Both the position numbers and the translations under genes were made by a program. Shown here piece after piece: positions 18,481-27,436 of a stretch of DNA of 64,000 bases. The number at the start of each line of letters is the position of its first letter. The first letter of the stretch is position 1. The notes beneath the pieces are model-generated. The model did no database searches, had not been told where the DNA came from, and worked only from the letters and a program-made list of their open reading frames with translations. The DNA is from an uncultured Gemmatimonadota bacterium (GTDB lineage Bacteria; SM23-81; DAOVCL01), in assembly GCA_964626665.1 (NCBI GenBank), contig CAZVGK010000007.1:1-64000 (forward strand). Direction: 5' to 3'.

Positions 18481-21400
18481 TCACCTGATCAACACCATCT
18501 TCCTCGTCTGCACAAAATCACCCGCTTGTAATCTGTAAAAATATATGCCGCTGGAAAATGAACCCGCATCCCACCTGGCTGTCTTGTATCCTGCCTTCAA
18601 GTTCCCTTCTACCAAAGTCACTATTTTCTGGCCTAAAATGTTGTAGATCTCAAGTTTCACATAGCAATCCCTGGGTAAGGTGTATTTGATCTCAGTAATC
18701 GGGTTAAAGGGGTTGGGGTAATTAGGAAGGAGAGCGAACCTTTGAGGGGGCTGAGTTGCCGACCCCTGTTTCACCCCCACACCATATGGGATTACAAAAT
18801 CCCAATAGGGTTCGATACACCAGGTTCTCGGATTGAGGCTGTCAAAGGCAGCTACTTTCCAATAATATGTCGCTGAATCGGATAGGGATGTAGTGACTGT
18901 CCAGCTTGTATCCAATAACTCCTCTGAGGAATCAGGAGTGAGAAAAGATGAATCACTGTCTATGTAAACCCTATAGTGGATTTCATCACCATTTAAGTCA
19001 AATGAGCTTGCCCAGGTCAATGTTGGGGCCAGGGTAGAAACGCTGTCGTGGTTGACGGGATGAAGAAGATCAAAACCAGCCGGTGGGCTATTTGCTATCG
19101 TAGGGGCTATGGTAGTATCAATCTCCCCGTCGCCATCGTAGTCAACTCCTATGTCATAGTTTTCCAAGCTATCAACGTGCAGGGTGGCTATGGTATTTGG
19201 AAATACCGCAATACTATCGTAACCCAAAGTGAGAGCGGTTTCCTCTGATTCTGGCTTCAGCACCTCAGCCCTGAAATAGCAAGAATCCAGACTGAAATAA
19301 TCCACGGTGTAGTTCAAGTCCTTGGGCACATCATAAAAGGACAAAGTATCAACGGTTAAGCTATCATCCCCATAGCTCTCCAGAAAGACAACCTCGGAAC
19401 CGGGTATTTCATTCACAAAGTTTGCTCCGTCAACGAATCCCAACCGTCGTCCAAATTCATCGGTTAGCAACATCCGAACCAGATTTCCTCCTGTATAGGA
19501 ACGGGATTTCCCTCCGGGATGGAGTCTTTGCCAAACCGACGAAAACCGGGAGGAGGTTTTTGACCACAGATTCTGAGCTGTTTGTTTGACGGCTTCCTGA
19601 ATCTCTGCTCTCATTTGCTCCTCGGTCATTATCACAAAGGGCTCAAAGATATAAAGCTTGTCCTTGTCTGTATCAGCGGGCCACGTAAACGTGTCCTCAA
19701 CCAAATCGAAAGATATTGGATAAACCCATTGGCCGGGTCGCTCATTGTCGTAGACATATAGATAGGATAGAGTGTCTGTGTCTGATTCATCGCGGATTAT
19801 TTTATATCCGGTGATAGCGTGGCCTCCACCACCTCTGAGAGCAACAATGCATGGTTGATTCGCACTGATTAGGTCAAGGGCAGAGGATTGAGCCTCATTT
19901 GGATCATCACCCCAGAAGAATTTATAAAATCGGCCATGCAGAAATTGAGTTAGATGATAGTCAACAATGGCGGGTATTACTCCATCGTCACCGGGTTCCA
20001 TAGCGTATGTGTCTTTTTCGCGAACAGAGGCAGGTTTAGAATCTGGATCTACAAAGTAGGCTATGCTTGAAGCGGACATGCCAAAACAGTGGCCACCGAA
20101 ATCCTTAGTAAGCTCAGGAAAGATAGTGATGGACAACTTCCCTAACTCCAATACCTTTTTCTCAAAACAATCAGAGAAATGCGGGTTTGGGAATTGATAT
20201 CCATCGGGGTCCAACCGAAACGGATGTAAATCTGTGAGTTCGCCACCAATGCAATAGTATACCGACAATTCTTTAGAATCCTCAAAATTTACTGGTTGCC
20301 CTTCAATTTCCTCAACTCTTACTGTAACATCTTTGTCTTCCCAGCACTTGGGGATATACAAATAAGGAGTATAGTCCCCGAAGAAATGAATTGGGTTTGG
20401 TCCTCCTCCCGGTTCAATAATATCGATTTTACCGTCCTGTGGATTGATGTCCCAATGGCTTACATCAATTGGAACTACTTCGCCCCCAGCATATGCACCT
20501 ACAACTACATCATGTATAGCTCTTACACCAGTATTGGTTACTTGAAAAGGCAATTCAAGAATATCTGTTATCTTGTTATACGCGATATAGAATTGGTCAT
20601 AGAATTCTGTCTCAACCGAAAACGCCAGGAGAAGCTCAAAATTTACGGTCGTCGGCTGCCCGGCAGTCACCTCTTTGCCAGTTTGGGTATCGGTTTCATA
20701 ACTATCCTTTGAGGCTCGGACATTGTAAGTGCCAGGAGGTAGGTCAGGAATACCGTAGCTCCCATCTGATTCCGAGTTGTCGTGAGCAATTATGTTCTCT
20801 CCCTGCATCGCCTCCACAAGAACGCCCCCTAACGGTTCCTCGGTGTATGAGTCTTCTACAATGCCGGAAATTGTTCCAAGCATATCAGATGATCGTCCCA
20901 CTAGCACATTGTCAAACTTCACGGTGGCGCTTCCGTAGCCACCGGAGTAGGCTGTGACGGCAATTCGACCGTGGTCTAAAGGGGTATCTGTATCGGTGTA
21001 GTCTATAACCAGGTTGTCATCTACCCGGACTTTTATGTTACCGCCGATAACCTTGACTTTGATGTGATACCAGGTATTAAGCTGGCTGGAATATTCAGCA
21101 GTGGTGATCTCAGTGGAGACTCCATCCACTATTCTGGAGAGAGTAACCTCATCTGCACCCATCCAATCGCTTCTCACATTCACCGCATAAAAGTTGTTCT
21201 CATCAACGACCCGAACCACCACTACCTTATCTACTCCTTCTTCTCCATAGACATCGGCCTCAAAGATATAATCCGCCCAGTCAGAGTTACCGGCCACACT
21301 GAGACACCAGACCTCAGTACCGCTCACACTGGAGGTGTATTCTTCATTTTCCACGGTCCAGGTGCAACCGCCGTATTTCTGCCAGCCATCATCATTCCCA

Positions 21401-22863
21401 TCAGCGAAATCATCAAAGAACAGCGTATCCGAGGGACTGGGATTGAGCTGGAAATCAACTGTTGTGGTCTGATCGGCAATTACCTCTTTTCCATTTTCGG
21501 TTTTGGTCTCATAACCGTCTTTTGACGCTCGGACATTGTAAGTGCCTACAGGTAAATTGGGAATGCTGTAGCTCCCATCCGATTCTGTGTTATCGCTAAC
21601 GATTATGCTCTCTCCTTGCATCGCCTCTACTAATACTCCTTCAAGCGGTTGCTGGTTACTCTCATCTATCACTGTGCCTTCAATCGCACCCGCAACCAGC
21701 TCGCACACCACGGTTGTAGTCGGAGTAGGTGAGGTAACTGTGGGGTCTGGACTGGTAATGGTCGGCGACGGAGTGTTGACGGAGGGGGAAGGAGTGGTTA
21801 TAGTAGGAGAGACGCTCTGGACACCGGGAGTGACAAACTCCCCCAAGCAGGTATTTCCTGAACCATCAAACTTGGCCAGGAGGAGATCATAAACACCTGC
21901 GCCGTAACTATTAGTCCGTCCTGTGACCACAAGCCCCCCATCAGAAACCTCTGCTACAGAATACCCATAATCATAGTCGCTTCCCCCCAGGCTTCTTGTC
22001 CAGAGGTGATTCCCCGAGCCATCAAACTTGGCCAGGAGGAGATCATAAACACCTGCGCCGTAACTACTAGTCCCCCCTGTGACCACAAGCCCCCCATCCG
22101 AAGCCTCTACAACAGAGAACCCCTCATCGTATGCGGTTCCCCCCAAGGTCCTTGTCCAGAGGTGATTTCCTGAACCATCAAACTTGGCCAGCAGGAGACT
22201 CCAACCATCTTCGCCGTAACTATTAGTCTGTCCTGCGACCACAAGCCCCCCATCAGAAACCTCTACCACAGAGTTCCCCCAATCCCCGCCGGTTCCCCCC
22301 AGGGTCTTTATCCACAGATGATTGCCTGAGCCATCAAACTTGGTGAGGAGGAGATCACAATAACCTGCGCCGTAACTATAAGTGTATCCGGTAACGACAA
22401 GCCCCCCATCAGAAACCTCTGCTACAGAATACCCATAATCATAGTCGCTTCCCCCCAGGCTTCTTGTCCAGAGGTGATTCCCCGAGCCATCAAACTTGGC
22501 CAGGAGGAGATCATAAACACCTGCGCCGTAACTGTTAGTGTATCCGGTGACGACAAGCCCCCCATCGGAGACCTCTACCACAGAATACCCCCCATCCGAG
22601 GAGCCTCCCCCCAGGGTTCTTGTCCAGAGGTGATTCCCCGAGCCATCAAACTTGGCCAGGAGGAGATCATAAACACCTGCGCCGTAACTACTAGTGTATC
22701 CGTCAACCACAAGCCCCCCTTCGGAGACCTCTACCACAGAGCGCCCACAATCAGTGTTGGTTCCGCCAAGGGTTTTGACAAATTGGTTCTGGCCAAAGGC
22801 CGGTATAGCGGCAACACCTATCAAAACCACAGCCAGAAAAGGGAAAAACATGCGTGCTTTCAT
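18481..22863 (-). CDS. Large secreted surface protein: signal peptide, six 52-aa beta-propeller-type repeats, PT-rich linker, two carboxypeptidase-regulatory-like domains, lectin/DUF1080-like domain, C-terminal secretion sorting (T9SS/FlgD-like) domain
   Basis: Start moved to ATG 22863 (GGAGG RBS, MKARMFFPFLAVV); C-terminus NYPNPFNP..IKY.LP...LEIYNILGQ...SGIYFYRL...KMVLIR. Confidence 0.85.
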   Translation of the reverse strand: MKARMFFPFLAVVLIGVAAIPAFGQNQFVKTLGGTNTDCGRSVVEVSEGGLVVDGYTSSYGAGVYDLLLAKFDGSGNHLWTRTLGGGSSDGGYSVVEVSDGGLVVTGYTNSYGAGVYDLLLAKFDGSGNHLWTRSLGGSDYDYGYSVAEVSDGGLVVTGYTYSYGAGYCDLLLTKFDGSGNHLWIKTLGGTGGDWGNSVVEVSDGGLVVAGQTNSYGEDGWSLLLAKFDGSGNHLWTRTLGGTAYDEGFSVVEASDGGLVVTGGTSSYGAGVYDLLLAKFDGSGNHLWTRSLGGSDYDYGYSVAEVSDGGLVVTGRTNSYGAGVYDLLLAKFDGSGNTCLGEFVTPGVQSVSPTITTPSPSVNTPSPTITSPDPTVTSPTPTTTVVCELVAGAIEGTVIDESNQQPLEGVLVEAMQGESIIVSDNTESDGSYSIPNLPVGTYNVRASKDGYETKTENGKEVIADQTTTVDFQLNPSPSDTLFFDDFADGNDDGWQKYGGCTWTVENEEYTSSVSGTEVWCLSVAGNSDWADYIFEADVYGEEGVDKVVVVRVVDENNFYAVNVRSDWMGADEVTLSRIVDGVSTEITTAEYSSQLNTWYHIKVKVIGGNIKVRVDDNLVIDYTDTDTPLDHGRIAVTAYSGGYGSATVKFDNVLVGRSSDMLGTISGIVEDSYTEEPLGGVLVEAMQGENIIAHDNSESDGSYGIPDLPPGTYNVRASKDSYETDTQTGKEVTAGQPTTVNFELLLAFSVETEFYDQFYIAYNKITDILELPFQVTNTGVRAIHDVVVGAYAGGEVVPIDVSHWDINPQDGKIDIIEPGGGPNPIHFFGDYTPYLYIPKCWEDKDVTVRVEEIEGQPVNFEDSKELSVYYCIGGELTDLHPFRLDPDGYQFPNPHFSDCFEKKVLELGKLSITIFPELTKDFGGHCFGMSASSIAYFVDPDSKPASVREKDTYAMEPGDDGVIPAIVDYHLTQFLHGRFYKFFWGDDPNEAQSSALDLISANQPCIVALRGGGGHAITGYKIIRDESDTDTLSYLYVYDNERPGQWVYPISFDLVEDTFTWPADTDKDKLYIFEPFVIMTEEQMRAEIQEAVKQTAQNLWSKTSSRFSSVWQRLHPGGKSRSYTGGNLVRMLLTDEFGRRLGFVDGANFVNEIPGSEVVFLESYGDDSLTVDTLSFYDVPKDLNYTVDYFSLDSCYFRAEVLKPESEETALTLGYDSIAVFPNTIATLHVDSLENYDIGVDYDGDGEIDTTIAPTIANSPPAGFDLLHPVNHDSVSTLAPTLTWASSFDLNGDEIHYRVYIDSDSSFLTPDSSEELLDTSWTVTTSLSDSATYYWKVAAFDSLNPRTWCIEPYWDFVIPYGVGVKQGSATQPPQRFALLPNYPNPFNPITEIKYTLPRDCYVKLEIYNILGQKIVTLVEGNLKAGYKTARWDAGSFSSGIYFYRLQAGDFVQTRKMVLIR
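21850..22780 (-). repeat. Six tandem 156-bp coding repeats
   Basis: DLLLAKFDGSGNHLW...SYGAGVY unit; 21929-22065 identical to 22397-22533 (offset 468 = 3 units). Confidence 0.9.
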
Positions 22864-22976
22864 TCCCCCACCTCCATTTTCTAGTTTGTATTTCGTGTAG
22901 GGACAGACATTTATGTCTGTCCGCTCTTTCTTTAGGTTTGTCCGTGTCCTTTTCGGACTCCGATATACATAGGGAT

Positions 22977-23189
22977 TTATGCTTTGTGCCACTCTTCTTC
23001 CCGTATTCCCGCTTGCCGAGCTATGCGTCTTACTAAACCGGCTGATATGTCTCCCCTATGCGGGTTAGGGATATGAAGCTTAAGCTGACCCTTCTTCATA
23101 AACTGATGCTTACCGCCGGGAATGGGCCCTTCAAAACCAAGTCTACGCAATTTCCTGATCAACTCCCTCCTGGGAATAGGCTTAAACAT
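22977..23189 (-). CDS. hicA: HicA-family toxin
   Basis: RELIRKLRRLGF..GGKHQFM...IPNPH.GDISAGLV.RI. Confidence 0.88.
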   Translation of the reverse strand: MFKPIPRRELIRKLRRLGFEGPIPGGKHQFMKKGQLKLHIPNPHRGDISAGLVRRIARQAGIREEEWHKA

Positions 23190-23195
23190 ATCCGT

Positions 23196-23432
23196 TTATG
23201 CCACCTCCACCTGCAAATCTATGCCAGCAATAACCCTGATTGGATCACCATCCTTTAGCTTGAGAATGAGCCACTCCTCCAGAACTTCTTGTAACTCCTC
23301 CCTACATTTTTCTAAAGTCTTTCCTGAGGCCCAAACGCCCGGACAGGGAGGGATTTCCCCATAGTAGTTTCCATCTTCCATTATTTCATATCGGGCGGTA
23401 TTCATAGCGGCGTTTATATATTTAGTCAACAT
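23196..23432 (-). CDS. hicB: HicB-family antitoxin
   Basis: YYGEIPPCPGVWASGKTLEKCREELQEVLEEW. Confidence 0.88.
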   Translation of the reverse strand: MLTKYINAAMNTARYEIMEDGNYYGEIPPCPGVWASGKTLEKCREELQEVLEEWLILKLKDGDPIRVIAGIDLQVEVA

Positions 23433-23499
23433 TTTTCCTCCATTTCGGAAGGTGCCTCTCTAAATTCTCACAATTCTTAGAACTTGTTGCTTTTCTTCA

Positions 23500-24160
23500 G
23501 CCTAATGGTCCTTTCGGACAGGACTAAAGCCCTCTCCCTACAATTCATTGACTATGTGGGAGAGGTCTCCTGACCTTTCAAGAGCTGTCAGGAGGTAACT
23601 CCTGACAGCACACTTTTGACCGGCATCAGGAGATACCTCCCACAAGATACACTTCTACCCAGCTTTAGCTGGGGTAACCGCTTTAGGGCTTTAGCCCATT
23701 TGGAGTGCTGTGACCTCTGTCACAGCCTGCGTCAACAAGGTTGACGTATTCCATAGGGCCCCACACTAAAGGGCAGTGGAAACCCGAGGTCAGGGCTCAA
23801 CTAGGGTTCGGTTGCCGCCGATCCCCCCGCCCAAAAGGCTGACCTCCAGGGGTTGATCTCTCACCCCTATGATTTGGAGACGACCTCCATAATATAATCC
23901 CGGATTATGCATTAGGAAACCACCAGATTATCACCAGATATTCAAAGTAACGAGCTTTTAAAAATTGAGTTTAACCCCCTTTTTTACCTGAAAGGTGAAA
24001 GCCTATATTTTTAAAGATTCTTATTTAATCTGTGAAAATCTGCATTTACCCCGTTAAATAATTTAGAAATGGACTTCGTTGCATTCTCAAGCTTGCTTTT
24101 ATTTAACGGGGTTCACCCTGTGAAATACGAAAGTATATTTAACGGGGTTCATCTGCAGTT
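23500..24160. repeat. Cluster of palindromic repeats
   Basis: gctgtcaggaggtaactcctgacagc (23584-23609), tctacccagctttagctgggg, accccgttaaata...tatttaacgggg; blocks re-occur shuffled at 24935-25370. Confidence 0.8.
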
Positions 24161-24176
24161 TATGCATATTTTGGGT

Positions 24177-24551
24177 TTATCTTTCTATTTTTACCTCACC
24201 TGATCGAAAATCTATAATAAGCATTCGATTAAGCATTAACTCTCTACCAATAATTGCTTTCTCAGACGTTGTTAATGAAATTCTAACGCTTCGCGATTTT
24301 CCTTCCCATCTTACACTTCCTACGAAGATCAGCTCCCTTTTTACGCTTCCGTCGGCAAGTTCTATGGTTTGAATCCCTGCCAGCTCTAAACCTAAAGGGA
24401 TCGCCACCTCAATAGGGAGACATAACTCACCATCAAATCCTGAGTCAACAAGTGTGAGAACGCTAGTAGTTTCTTTCCTGCCCCCAACTTTCACCTCTAT
24501 TAAAGGATTTCCGTGCTCATCGATAAATCCCTTGACCATTCGTCTCGTCAT
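24177..24551 (-). CDS. Clan AA (retropepsin-like) aspartic protease
   Basis: LVDSGFDGELCLP, LADGS, IIGRELM. Confidence 0.8.
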   Translation of the reverse strand: MTRRMVKGFIDEHGNPLIEVKVGGRKETTSVLTLVDSGFDGELCLPIEVAIPLGLELAGIQTIELADGSVKRELIFVGSVRWEGKSRSVRISLTTSEKAIIGRELMLNRMLIIDFRSGEVKIER

Positions 24552-24553
24552 TA

Positions 24554-24796
24554 TTATCGAAAGGAAACACCCGCCTTAGCGCCAATTCTTGCAAAGTAAA
24601 AAATCTTATCCGGATATCTACGCTTAGCTTTGTCTCCTGCCTCCGAATGAGTTCTACCGAGAAAATAATCACCACTTTCTATCTCTATGGCTACTATTTC
24701 CCCTATGTGTTCTGGCTTTAGCTTTTCCTCGATACTTTTGAATATGGCCTCCCCCTTCTGAGCAAATAGCTCTTTATCAACTGGCTGTATTTTCAT
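24554..24796 (-). CDS. Small hypothetical protein paired with the aspartic protease (DUF5678-like)
   Basis: GEIVAIEIESGDYFLG...A.RRYPDK.FYFARIG; GGAGG RBS; 2-bp gap to the protease. Confidence 0.7.
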   Translation of the reverse strand: MKIQPVDKELFAQKGEAIFKSIEEKLKPEHIGEIVAIEIESGDYFLGRTHSEAGDKAKRRYPDKIFYFARIGAKAGVSFR

Positions 24797-24829
24797 AACT
24801 GGGCACCTCCACTATTTAGAATTACTAAC

Positions 24830-25380
24830 CTAAATTATTTATGCCACAAAGACACCAAGCCTCAAAGTGTTGATAGAATGAGGATTAAAAAATAATAATG
24901 GGGTCACATCTTTATTCTTGATTTTCCAATCCTCGGTCTCCTGACCTCAACATCCATCGGCATCAGGAGATGCCTCCCACAATACGCTCTTCTACCCAGC
25001 TTTAGCTGGGGTAACCGCTTTAGGGCTTTAGCCCCTTTTGGAGTGCTATGACAGGGTCACAGCCTACGTCAACAGGAGTTACCACACTTCATAGTAACTC
25101 GCACTAAAGTGCGGTAGAAATTAAAATTCGCCCCCGAGATGGCGGAAGCCCTCTTCTGTCACCCTTCCCTTTTTGCCGTCAGAATCGGGGTTCTGACGGC
25201 TCGGGCAGGGGATCTGACCGCTCAGCAGCTTAGATGTAGGGACAGACATTTATGTCTGTCCGCTTCCTTCGGACAGGTCTAAAGACCTGTCCCTACAGTT
25301 CATTATCTATGTAGGAGAGGTCTCCAGACCTTTCAAGAGCTGTCAGGAGGTAACTCCTGACAGCACATTTTTGCAAATCA
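24830..25380. repeat. Cluster of palindromic repeats
   Basis: ggcatcaggagatgcctcccaca, tctacccagctttagctgggg, gccgtcagaatcggggttctgacggc, gtagggacagacatttatgtctgtccg (also 22897), gctgtcaggaggtaactcctgacagc (25339-25364). Confidence 0.8.
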
Positions 25381-25447
25381 TTAAACTGACCGCTGCCCGC
25401 TTCAGTGTAGCGACCACCTCTATTATAATGAAATTTTTCCCTCCCTG

Positions 25448-27436
25448 TCAAGGGCATTCTTCCACCCTAAGGGGATTGAACTCCCCTATGTAATCGGCCA
25501 TCTGCTCGGTCCCCAGGACCTCCCTCAGGGCATCATCCTGGAAATTGGAGGGGAGATAACGGAAGAAGGAACCAAGGTTAAGCTGCTCCAGCAATGGGCC
25601 CCTAAACCTTTCTAAAACCCTGTCCATCTCCTCGCCCGGAAGCCAAAGGAGCTCCTCCAGGTTAGGGTTCCCCTCTAAGGTGATGAGTATGCCCCCAGAA
25701 TCCTCTGCTTTTATCCCCTTAACCAGGCTGATATACTTGGCCCAAATCCCTCCCCACATAGGCCCTAAGAAATGATAGACCTTGGTAATCCCCCCCGCAT
25801 AACAGAAGGGAAGGTCATCCTCCTTGGCCCCCACAAAAAACTTCCTCTTCAGTTTTGCCCCCAAGGAGTGGCCCCAAATCCGGCCTCCCCCCCCACAGAA
25901 CACCCCCTTTGCCCCCACCCCTTGGTAATCCAAGGGGCGGACATAAACCTTGGAGCCATCCTTTCTCTCCACCTCCCAACTCCTTCCCTTGAGGACGAAC
26001 TGGGGGCTTAAAGTCTCTATCGAGCCAATCTCCCTCCCGGACTTCAGGTCAAAGACCTGATAGCTCCCCTGGCTGCGGTCTATATTGGAATGGATAAACC
26101 CCCTCTCCGCTATAGCCTCGGCTCTGGGACCCAGCCAGTACACCCCCCCACCTGGCGACTGCACGAATTCGACCTTCTCCAAATGAATGAGAAGTTCCAT
26201 AACATCGGTAAGCTCTAAACCCAAGGGGGAGAGAGCCCTTTGGATGGCTTCTGGGGTGGCCCCTATCCTTCTCTTCTGATAAAGATAAGAGAGTATCTGC
26301 TGCACCGCCACCGAGAGATAGAGGGGAGGATCCTCCTCCTCCAGCCACCCTAATTGGGCAAGTTCAAAGAGAAGCTTAAAGAAGGTTAACTCCCAATTAT
26401 CCTTATAGAGACCGTAAGCTACCAATTCTCCCCTTCTCCTGTTGCCTCGTCCCAACCTCTGTAGCAAAGCACTCAGCGAAGGGGGCGGGGAGATGAGAAC
26501 CACCGCCTCAATGTCACCTATGTCCACCCCCAACTCCAGGGTCATCGTGGCCACACAGATCCCCACCCTCTCCCGATTCATCCCCCTCTCCACCCTTTCC
26601 CTCTCCACCCTGCTCAGGCTGGCATGATGCACCCATATCCTCTCCGGGTATTTCCAGAGCCTCTTTAGGAGCAAGGCTACCTCCTCCACCTTCTTCCTGG
26701 TGTTGCAGAAGACCAGGGCCTTCTTGATCCCCTTCCCCTCAAGCTCCCTGATCAACCCCTGCAGGTTATCGTCAAAGGGAAGCAGGGTATGTTTAATCAC
26801 CCTCTTCCCCTTGGCCTGAACCACCTCAAAGGGGAAGAAATACCTCTCCCCTAAGGATATGGGATCAGCTATCGTTGCCGAAATAGCATAAAAGCGGAGG
26901 GGTTCCCCCCGCAGAAGCCGCAGCCTCTGCAGGAGCACCCGCAACTGATCGCCCCGATAGGTTCCATCTAAGAGGTGGATCTCATCCAGGCAGACGGCCT
27001 GCAGAGACTCCAATGCCTGGGGCGCCCGACAGAGGAGGGAGTCGAAGGACTCCGGGGTGGTAACGAGAGCAGGGGTGGGTTTCTGGGGGCGAAAATCTGG
27101 GTGATCCATCGTCTTCCTAGACAGGCCAATCCTCAACCGCTCCAAAGGGCCTTTTAACCTCTTGTAGAGGTCGTTAACCAAAGCCCTGGTGGGGGAGACA
27201 TAGAGGATGCTCAGCCCCCCCCAATCCTCCTTGAGGAGAAGCTCGGCCAAGGGGGCCATCACGGCCTCCGTCTTCCCGGTGGCCGCAGGCGAGGAGACGA
27301 CCAGGTTTCTCCCTTGTAACACCCGGGGTATGGTCAGCCTCTGAATGGGGAGAAGATGGGGGAATGGGGAGAAGAAAGCCCCCCAAGAATGGCTCAGAAG
27401 CTCCCTGACCTCCCGCTCAGACCCCTTGAGGTTCAT
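25448..27436 (-). CDS. Lhr-like SF2 DEAD/DEAH-box helicase
   Basis: SPAATGKT, PTRALVND, TTPES, DEIH, SAT, HHASLS, ATMTLELGVDIGDI, QRLGRGNRR. Confidence 0.9.
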   Translation of the reverse strand: MNLKGSEREVRELLSHSWGAFFSPFPHLLPIQRLTIPRVLQGRNLVVSSPAATGKTEAVMAPLAELLLKEDWGGLSILYVSPTRALVNDLYKRLKGPLERLRIGLSRKTMDHPDFRPQKPTPALVTTPESFDSLLCRAPQALESLQAVCLDEIHLLDGTYRGDQLRVLLQRLRLLRGEPLRFYAISATIADPISLGERYFFPFEVVQAKGKRVIKHTLLPFDDNLQGLIRELEGKGIKKALVFCNTRKKVEEVALLLKRLWKYPERIWVHHASLSRVERERVERGMNRERVGICVATMTLELGVDIGDIEAVVLISPPPSLSALLQRLGRGNRRRGELVAYGLYKDNWELTFFKLLFELAQLGWLEEEDPPLYLSVAVQQILSYLYQKRRIGATPEAIQRALSPLGLELTDVMELLIHLEKVEFVQSPGGGVYWLGPRAEAIAERGFIHSNIDRSQGSYQVFDLKSGREIGSIETLSPQFVLKGRSWEVERKDGSKVYVRPLDYQGVGAKGVFCGGGGRIWGHSLGAKLKRKFFVGAKEDDLPFCYAGGITKVYHFLGPMWGGIWAKYISLVKGIKAEDSGGILITLEGNPNLEELLWLPGEEMDRVLERFRGPLLEQLNLGSFFRYLPSNFQDDALREVLGTEQMADYIGEFNPLRVEECP

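Noticed and set aside
21850-22780. Possible CRISPR array or DGR template/variable repeat pair
   Set aside because: Units are 156-bp in-frame coding repeats without unique spacers; the duplicated block is identical rather than adenine-mutated; no cas or reverse transcriptase gene in the window.
22864-22992. Extended N-termini in the ORF track (also 2929-2991, 14838-14903, 41999-42043, 46539-46604, 52924-53049)
   Set aside because: Better RBS-supported starts lie downstream and the extensions overlap other genes or repeats.
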